Below, piece after piece: positions 56,345 to 64,000 of a stretch of DNA of 64,000 nucleotides (its first letter is position 1; each line of letters starts with the position of its first letter). Under the pieces are notes generated by a model, which ran no database searches, was not told where the DNA came from, and saw only the letters and a program-made list of their open reading frames with translations. The translations under genes were made by a program, and so were the position numbers. Source of the DNA: Thermoplasmata archaeon (lineage in GTDB: Archaea; Thermoplasmatota; Thermoplasmata; Lutacidiplasmatales; UBA184); the NCBI GenBank assembly GCA_022750335.1, contig JAKIVX010000002.1, positions 53,442 to 117,441 of the forward strand. Reading direction: 5' to 3'.

Positions 56345-57474
56345 GCCGGCTCCTCCCGCAGGGCGGCGACGACCCGGTCACCGGCTTCGGACGTGGTGGC
56401 CGTGCCCCCTTGGTCGTAGGTACCGGAACCGCCCCGCGCGAGCACGCGCGCGAGGGTGCGCTCCAGACGGTCGGCCTGGGCGAGGAGGCGCGCATCCTGA
56501 TGACGCCCGCCCAACCAGCGGAGCATCTGTTCGACGGCGAAGAACGTGGCGAACGGGTTCACCTGATTCTTCCCCGCGTACTTCGGGGCCGAACCGTGAA
56601 CAGGTTCGAACATCCCGTGGTCGGTCCCAATGTTGCCACCAGAGGCGAATCCCATACCGCCCTGGAGGACGGAAGCGAGGTCGGTCACGATGTCCCCCAT
56701 CATGTTGGTCGTAACCGCGACGTTGTACCGCTCGGGGTTGCGAACGAGCCACTGGGTGAAGGCGTCGACGTAGGCGTAATCGCGCTCGATCTCCGGATAC
56801 TCCTTCGAGACGCGATCGTACGTTTCCCGAAAGAACCGGCAGCCTTCCATCACGTTCGATTTGTCGATGCAGGTCACGCGCTTCACTCCGTCGCCCGGTG
56901 CCCCCCGGGAGCGATGGCGGGCGAGCTCGAACGCGTAGCGGATGACCCGTTCCGAGCCTTTTCGGGTAATGATCCGTGTGTCGACGGCGACCTCGGTCTC
57001 GCCGCCTCGTCGAAGGCGCCCGCGCGCCGGCGTGTAGAGGTCCTCCGTGTTCTCACGGATGATCACCATGTCCACGAACTTCGGTGACCAGACCTCGCGA
57101 TACTCCCCACTGATCCGGTGCCGGACTCCCGGGTACAGCCGACAGGGTCGTACGTTGGCGAACAGGTCAAGCCCCTCTCGCAGCCCGAGCACCAAGGCGC
57201 GGCCGGCGAGGTCTCCGTTGGGAAGCGACGCGCCCGGCCATCCGACCGCCCCGAGAAGGATCGCGTCGGCCGTTCGAGAGGCAGCTTCGGCCTCGGGTTC
57301 CCACTCGCGTCCCGTCTTGAGGTAGTACTGTCCTCCGCCAGGATACTCGGTGAGGTGCCAGGGAGCGGCGCCCCCTTCCGCCAGGCCATCCAGGACCTTG
57401 CGCCCTTCGCGTAAGACCTCCGGACCGGTACCGTCCCCGGGGAAAACGGCGATCTCGTAACCGGCGTCCTTCAT
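56341..57474 (-). CDS. leuB: 3-isopropylmalate dehydrogenase-family beta-decarboxylating dehydrogenase (LeuB; possibly homoisocitrate or tartrate DH-like)
   Basis: N-terminal ...YEIAVFPGDGTGPEV..., ...IRENTEDLY..., ...GDIVTDLAS...GSAPKYAGKN.... Operon context with leuCD and leuA. Confidence 0.75.
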   Translation of the reverse strand: MKDAGYEIAVFPGDGTGPEVLREGRKVLDGLAEGGAAPWHLTEYPGGGQYYLKTGREWEPEAEAASRTADAILLGAVGWPGASLPNGDLAGRALVLGLREGLDLFANVRPCRLYPGVRHRISGEYREVWSPKFVDMVIIRENTEDLYTPARGRLRRGGETEVAVDTRIITRKGSERVIRYAFELARHRSRGAPGDGVKRVTCIDKSNVMEGCRFFRETYDRVSKEYPEIERDYAYVDAFTQWLVRNPERYNVAVTTNMMGDIVTDLASVLQGGMGFASGGNIGTDHGMFEPVHGSAPKYAGKNQVNPFATFFAVEQMLRWLGGRHQDARLLAQADRLERTLARVLARGGSGTYDQGGTATTSEAGDRVVAALREEPA

Positions 57475-57995
57475 GCCGCTCCGGCCGCGGCCTTGCGGGC
57501 CTCGAGCTCCGCCCGGACCTTTTCGACCAGACCGCCGGCCTCGAGCAGGTCGAGCAGGTGGTGGGGGAGGGGTGGGAAGGTAACGAAGGCCCCTGTACGC
57601 AGGTTCGTGATGCGACCCGCGGACATCTCGATCCGTGCGGTATCGCCCTTCTCGAAGATCCGCCGCACCCCTTTCGCCTCGACGGTGGGGATCCCGAGGT
57701 TGATCGCGTTCCGGTAGAAGATTCGGGCGAACGAGTCGGCGAGCACGGCGCCGACCCCGATGGCCCGCATCGCTTGGGGTGCATGTTCGCGGCTCGACCC
57801 ACAGGCGAAGTTTTCCTCGGCGACGATGATGTCCCCCGCCCGTGCCTCCGCGGCGAATTCGGGCAGCGCGATCTCAAAGACGTGCTTCTTGAGCTCGTTG
57901 GGGTCGATGATCGTGAGGTACTTTCCCGAGATGATCTGGTCGGTGTCGACGTCGGTGCCCAGCACCCACACCCGCCCTTCGATGACGTCCTTCAT
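57471..57995 (-). CDS. leuD: 3-isopropylmalate/homoaconitate dehydratase small subunit (archaeal LeuD type)
   Basis: ...VWVLGTDVDTDQIISGKYL..., ...NFACGSSREHAP.... 174 aa. Confidence 0.85.
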   Translation of the reverse strand: MKDVIEGRVWVLGTDVDTDQIISGKYLTIIDPNELKKHVFEIALPEFAAEARAGDIIVAEENFACGSSREHAPQAMRAIGVGAVLADSFARIFYRNAINLGIPTVEAKGVRRIFEKGDTARIEMSAGRITNLRTGAFVTFPPLPHHLLDLLEAGGLVEKVRAELEARKAAAGAA

Positions 57996-58003
57996 GGCCT
58001 CCT

Positions 58004-59283
58004 CTACATCAGGTCGCGCGGGTCGGTGAGCTCGCCTCGGATCGCCGCCGCGACGGTCGCCGCCGGCGAGAGGAGGTAGATCCGGGCCTCCTTCGCGCCC
58101 ATGCGGCCGGGGAAGTTTCGGTTCGAGGATGAGGCGCAGACCTCCTCGGGGGCGAGGATGCCCATGTTCCCGCCAAAGCAGGCGGAGCAGCTCGAGTTGG
58201 TGAAGACGGCGCCGGCCTCAGTGAACGTCTCGATGATCCCTTCGGCGAGACATTGCTGGTAGATCTTGGTGGACGCGGGCGATACGATGAACCGGACGCC
58301 GGGCGCCACCTTGTGCCCCTTCATCATGGCCGCGCCCTCGCGCAGGTCCTCGATACGAGCGTTCGTGCAGGACCCGAGGAAGACCTGGTCGACCCGGACG
58401 TGCTCCCGGACCACGTCGGGAAGGGGTCGGACGTTGTCCGGCGAGTAGGGACACGCCACCATCGGGGGCATGTCGGTGACGTCGATATCGATGACCCGCT
58501 CGTACGTCGCGTCCGCGTCCGAGAGCAGCGGGTGCATCGAGTGCTTCGCGATGGGTCGGAGGTAGTCGAATGTGGTCTCATCGGGCGCCACCATCCCGGT
58601 CTTGGCGCCCATCTCGGTCGTCATGTTGCAGATCGTGAACCGTTCGGGCATCGAGAGCGCGGCGATGGTCGGGCCGGTGAACTCGACGGCCTTGTACGTC
58701 GCCCCCGTGGTCTTGACCTCTCCCAGGATTCGGAGAATGAGGTCCTTGGCGAACACGCCGGGACCGAACGTTCCGCGGACCCGGACCTGGATTGTCGGGG
58801 GCACCTTCAGCCACAGCCGTCCCAGGGCCAGCACGGCCGCCATCTCGGTCGGGCCGATGCCCGCCGCCACGGCGCCCATCGCCCCGAGCATGTTCGTATG
58901 CGAATCGGTGCCGACCGCGAGGTCTCCCGGAACCACCCAACCGTTCTCGGCGAGGATCTGGTGGCAGATCCCGTGGTTCCCGACATCGTAAAAGTGCGGC
59001 AGGTGGGTCTCGGCTGCGAACTTTCGGAGGATGCGGTGGAGGACGGCGGCGCCTTCCGTGGAGGCCGGCACCCAGTGGTCGATCGCGATCACGACGCGGT
59101 CGGGGTCCCAGACCGTCTCGGCCCCCATCTGGTGGAATGGCAGGACTGTTTGGGCGCCTTGCTCGTGCATCATCGCGAGGTCAACATTCCCCTCGACGAT
59201 CTGGCCCGGGACCACGTGGTCGAGCCCCCCCGCGCGTGCGAGGATCTTCTCGGCCATGTTCATGCCGTGCCCGTTCGACGCGG

Positions 59284-59287
<4 letters not shown>
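58004..59287 (-). CDS. leuC: 3-isopropylmalate/homoaconitate dehydratase large subunit (LeuC, aconitase family)
   Basis: ...MAEKIL..., Fe-S ligands in ...GSCTNARIED... and ...NSSCSACFGG.... Start may be at MNMAEK (59263). Confidence 0.85.
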
Positions 59288-60543
<1,256 letters not shown>

Positions 60544-60625
60544 CCGTCGAGCCGCATTAACCTTTGTCGCGATGCGGGGCCGATTCTTCGGCGGAGGCGA
60601 CGTGCTAACGCTCGCGTGGCATCAG

Positions 60626-60637
60626 TACTTAAATACC
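60626..60637 (+). promoter_or_regulatory. TATA-like box (TACTTAAATACC) in the divergent leuA/korA intergenic region
   Basis: About 55 nt upstream of the korA ATG. A second AT-rich element (AAAGGTTAATG on the minus strand, about 60556..60566) lies 15-20 nt upstream of the leuA start. Confidence 0.35.
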
Positions 60638-60691
60638 GTCCCGTGCTGAAACGCAGTGCACGTCGCGTTCGACGGTAATTCGAGGATTCAC

Positions 60692-62485
60692 ATGACCACC
60701 CCCGCAGCCAAAACGACCCCGATTCCGGAGATGTCCGGCGCCGCCGCTCCGCGCACGCCCCCGCAGTTGTCCGACGTGAGTGTGATGATCGGTGGGCAGG
60801 GGGGCGACGGCACCCTGACCGTATCGGACCTCTTGGGCCGGTACTTCCGCAAGCGGGGCCTCTACGTCTACCTCTCGCGCAACGTCCTCTCCCGGATCCG
60901 CGGCGGTCATGCGGACGCGTCGGTCCGCGGCAGCCGCGCGGCGGTCGCGGCCGTCAAGACGGAGGTGGACGTGCTCGTCGCGTTCGACAAGGAAGCCATC
61001 GAGATCGGTAAGGGTGAACTCGCCGCCCACGGGTACATCCTCTACGATTCGACCACGTTCCAGGTCGACCTGCCGAACGCCACCGGCTTCCCGTTCGCTA
61101 CCCTCGTCGGCGGCCCGCTCGGTCAACCGATCTTCAAGAACACCGCGGCGTACGGGGCGTTGAGCGTCATCTTCGGGTTCGATCCCACGGAGACCCGGGC
61201 GGTCATCGAAGAGCGGTTCAAGCGCCGGGGCGGCGAAGCCCTCGAAAAGAACCTCAAGGCGCTCGAGATCGGGCGGAAGGCCGCCCTCGAAACGCCCGGC
61301 CTTGCCGATCGCTTCTCGATCGCGGACGGGGACGCGCACGATTTCATCATGACGACCGGCAACCAGGCGGCCGCGATGGGGTTCGTCGTGGGTGGCGGAC
61401 GGTTTTTCGCCGGTTACCCGATCACTCCCGCGACCGAGATCATGGAGTACCTCCAGCGCTACCTTCCCGCCTTCCACGGTGTGGTCCGGCAGGCCGAGGA
61501 CGAGCTGGCGGCCGTCAACATGATCATCGGTGCTTCGTACGCCGGGGCCCGGGTCATGACCTCCACGAGCGGCCCCGGACTTTCGTTGATGACCGAGGGG
61601 ATCGGTCACGCCGGAGCGGCGGAGATCCCGATCGTCATCGCCGACTGCCAGCGTGTGGGGCCTTCCACGGGCCAGCCGACGCGGCACGAGCAGTCCGACC
61701 TCTCCCATCTCGCCAACCTCGGGCACGGCGAGTTCCCCCGGTTCATCCTCGCGCCCGGGACGCCGGAGGAATGTTTCCTCCTGACTGCGGAGGCCCTCAA
61801 TCTGGCTGAACGCTGGCGCCTTCCCGTCATCCTCCTGCTGGACGAGGCCCTGTGCCAGAATGCCACGACCAGCCGACGGTTCGAGCTCGACAAGGTCCAC
61901 ATCGACCGCGGGGAGCGCCTGACCGGCGAGGCCGCGGCCGCGCTCACCCAATACAAGGCCTACGCGTTCTCGGAATCGGGCCGCTCGGCCTATGCCCCAC
62001 CGGGGACCCCGGGCATCTGGGCGGAGATCACGGGCAACGAGCACGACGAGTGGGGACACGTGAACGTCAATCCGACGAACCGCGTGCGGATGATGAAAAA
62101 GCGGATGGAGAAGATGGTGAAGGCCCGGGACGAGCTTCCGTCGGCCAACCACTTCGGGTCCACCGACGCGAAGATCGGGATCATCGCGTTCGGGAGCACG
62201 ATCGGTCCGGTGCGGGAGGCCCACGGACTCCTGACGGCCAAGGGAACGGCAGTTCAGATCCTCCAACCCCGGACGCTCTTCCCCGTGCCGGTGCACGAGA
62301 TCGACCCATTCTTGAAATCGGTCGATGTGTGCTACGTCATCGAGCACAACTACACGGGTCAGTTCGCGCGCCTCCTCCGAGAGACCATGCCCTGGCATCA
62401 CACGAAGCTGCGGTCCCTGACCAAGTACGACGGCACGAACTTCCGCGCCCCCCAGGTCGTCGCGGGGATCCAAGGAGGTCCGTAA
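60692..62485 (+). CDS. korA: 2-oxoacid:ferredoxin oxidoreductase alpha subunit (fused gamma+alpha, two-subunit OFOR type)
   Basis: N-terminal gamma-like domain ...MIGGQGGDGTLT... then alpha domain ...GYPITPATEIMEYL..., ...GPSTGQPTRHEQSDL.... 597 aa. ATG at 60692. Confidence 0.85.
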   Translation: MTTPAAKTTPIPEMSGAAAPRTPPQLSDVSVMIGGQGGDGTLTVSDLLGRYFRKRGLYVYLSRNVLSRIRGGHADASVRGSRAAVAAVKTEVDVLVAFDKEAIEIGKGELAAHGYILYDSTTFQVDLPNATGFPFATLVGGPLGQPIFKNTAAYGALSVIFGFDPTETRAVIEERFKRRGGEALEKNLKALEIGRKAALETPGLADRFSIADGDAHDFIMTTGNQAAAMGFVVGGGRFFAGYPITPATEIMEYLQRYLPAFHGVVRQAEDELAAVNMIIGASYAGARVMTSTSGPGLSLMTEGIGHAGAAEIPIVIADCQRVGPSTGQPTRHEQSDLSHLANLGHGEFPRFILAPGTPEECFLLTAEALNLAERWRLPVILLLDEALCQNATTSRRFELDKVHIDRGERLTGEAAAALTQYKAYAFSESGRSAYAPPGTPGIWAEITGNEHDEWGHVNVNPTNRVRMMKKRMEKMVKARDELPSANHFGSTDAKIGIIAFGSTIGPVREAHGLLTAKGTAVQILQPRTLFPVPVHEIDPFLKSVDVCYVIEHNYTGQFARLLRETMPWHHTKLRSLTKYDGTNFRAPQVVAGIQGGP

Positions 62486-62486
62486 G

Positions 62487-63353
62487 ATGGTCGAATCGGC
62501 GAAGCCCGTTCCGCCCATCTGGTGTCCGGGCTGTGGAGATTTCGGCGTCCTCGCCGCCCTCAAGAAGGCCGCGCTCGAGATGAAGGTCGCCACCCACGAC
62601 CTCGTGCTGGTGGGCGGGATCGGCTGCTCCGGCTCGATCCATAACTTCCTCGAGATCAACGGCATCCACGCGCTGCACGGTCGGCTCCTCGCGCAGGCGA
62701 TCGGCGTGAAGCTCGCGAATCCCGCGCTCACCGTCATCGCGGCCGGTGGGGACGGGGACGGGTATGCGATCGGAATGGGTCACTTCATGCACGCGTTCAA
62801 GAAGAACGCCTCGATCGTCTACATCGCGATGAACAACGAGACCTACGGTCTCACGAAGGGGCAGGCTTCCCCCACGAGCCAGATCGGCTTCGAGGGGAAC
62901 ATCGAACGTCCGTTCGACGCGATCCTCACGGCCCTGTCGATCCCGGCGCCCAACCTGATCGCTCGCACGTTTTCGGGCGACCCCAAGACCATGATCTCCG
63001 TCCTGGTCGAGGCGCTGAAGTTCCAGAAGGAGGGCCGAGGGTTCGCCTTCATCGAGGACCTCTCGCCGTGCGTCACCTACAACGACACGTACAAGCTCTG
63101 GCGCGAGAAGGTCCTAGACGTCTCGAAGGTCGAAGGGTACGACCCCACCGACCGGAAGGCGATGTTCCGGATCTGCCTCGAGACGATGGAGGCGGGTCGG
63201 ATCCCGATCGGGATCATGCATCGCCCCAAGGAGTCGATGCGCGAAGGTCTCGAGTCGAAGCTCCTCGGGGACGCGGCCGGGCCCGCCCGGTCCGACATCT
63301 CGCTGGAGCCGAACATGGGCGCGTACCAGAAGCTCCTCGCCGGCATCGCCTAG
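62487..63353 (+). CDS. korB: 2-oxoacid:ferredoxin oxidoreductase beta subunit (TPP-binding)
   Basis: ...WCPGCGDFGVL..., TPP motif ...GGDGDGYAIGMGHFMHA...NNETYGLTKGQ.... Confidence 0.9.
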   Translation: MVESAKPVPPIWCPGCGDFGVLAALKKAALEMKVATHDLVLVGGIGCSGSIHNFLEINGIHALHGRLLAQAIGVKLANPALTVIAAGGDGDGYAIGMGHFMHAFKKNASIVYIAMNNETYGLTKGQASPTSQIGFEGNIERPFDAILTALSIPAPNLIARTFSGDPKTMISVLVEALKFQKEGRGFAFIEDLSPCVTYNDTYKLWREKVLDVSKVEGYDPTDRKAMFRICLETMEAGRIPIGIMHRPKESMREGLESKLLGDAAGPARSDISLEPNMGAYQKLLAGIA

Positions 63354-63401
63354 TTCGACGCACCCGACCGGACGACCCCGTCCGCGAGGAGGAGCGGGAC
63401 C

Positions 63402-64000
63402 ATCTGGATCGGGGTGGACGACACCGACAGTCCGCGCGGAGGTTGCACGACCTACGTGCTCACCGAGCTCGTGGCCCTGGCCCGGCAGCAGGGACTCGAC
63501 CTCCTCGGCGAGCCTCGACTCGTCCGGCTGAATCCCAACATCCCGTGGCGCACCCGCGGGAACGCGGCGCTCTCCGCCCGCTTCGGTCATGGGACCGGAC
63601 CGAGACGTCGTGTGGGAATGATCGGCGGGACCCCGGTCTGGTCCCACCGGCGGGGGCGACCGCCTACGCCCGTCGAACGGACCCGGTATCTCGACGCCGC
63701 TTGGGAGCTGGTCCTTAGAGAGGCGGGAAAAGACGTCGGGACGGACCCCGCCCTCGTCGCGGTCGATCGGCGCCTCCCCGCGGAGGTCTATTGGAGGGCC
63801 GTTCGGGAGGTCGTTCCCGTGTCGCGAGCTCGGACCCGTCTCGAGAAATCCGGTGCGTGGTTCCGGTGGTCGGGGAGTGAGCGGGGGCTGGTCGGTGCGG
63901 CCGCGGCCGTCGCCTGGCCAGGACGCCATCCGACCTGGGAACTGATCTCCTACCGCGAGCGCGCCCGTTGGGGGACACCGCGGGCGGTCGACCCGGCGAG
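63402..64000 (+). CDS. tiaS: tRNA(Ile2) 2-agmatinylcytidine synthetase TiaS (3' partial; start codon uncertain, possibly GTG 63414)
   Basis: ...IWIGVDDTDSPRGGCTTYVLTELVAL... matches the TiaS N-terminal kinase-like motif (VGIDDTDS..GMCTTY). The frame is open to the window end. Confidence 0.6.
   Translation, partial: MWIGVDDTDSPRGGCTTYVLTELVALARQQGLDLLGEPRLVRLNPNIPWRTRGNAALSARFGHGTGPRRRVGMIGGTPVWSHRRGRPPTPVERTRYLDAAWELVLREAGKDVGTDPALVAVDRRLPAEVYWRAVREVVPVSRARTRLEKSGAWFRWSGSERGLVGAAAAVAWPGRHPTWELISYRERARWGTPRAVDPA

Overview
This 64-kb window is densely coded, roughly 68-70% GC, and archaeal. Archaeal hallmark genes include aIF2-gamma, ribosomal proteins S6e and a probable L41e, PCNA, aEF-1beta with its partner Zn-ribbon gene, PurP, archaeal phosphopantothenate synthetase plus CoaBC, TiaS, an archaeal Sec11-type signal peptidase, a FlaK/PibD-type prepilin peptidase and an AglB/STT3 oligosaccharyltransferase. 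Proteins are not acid-shifted, so this does not look like a haloarchaeon. I call about 70 protein genes and find no rRNA, convincing tRNA or CRISPR array. The most striking feature is a 2199-aa AglB. A normal 13-TM oligosaccharyltransferase core with the WWDYG motif is fused to a C-terminal extracellular extension of about 1300 aa, built from tandem transthyretin-like repeats, that carries several dozen N-X-S/T sequons and ends in a TM anchor with a basic tail. It overlaps by 16 nt a downstream gene for another sequon-dense anchored surface protein. A GT2/GT4/epimerase cluster, a signal peptidase and a prepilin peptidase elsewhere in the window fit the same cell-surface theme. The second notable locus is a tightly overlapped minus-strand operon, leuA/cimA-like, leuC, leuD, leuB-like, an SCP2-type thiolase and a DUF35 protein with no HMG-CoA synthase, divergent from a two-subunit 2-oxoacid:ferredoxin oxidoreductase. 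Also present are two paralogous Cas4-like PD-(D/E)XK Fe-S nucleases with no CRISPR context, a tiny unlisted L41e ORF, succinyl-CoA synthetase, methylmalonyl-CoA mutase B12 subunit with MeaB, thiolase, an aquaporin, and several short AT-rich, often palindromic, TATA-like islands that stand out against the GC-rich background as leaderless or bidirectional promoters. Many long ORFs in the six-frame track are antisense, Arg/Pro/Gly-rich artefacts of the high GC content and were rejected.
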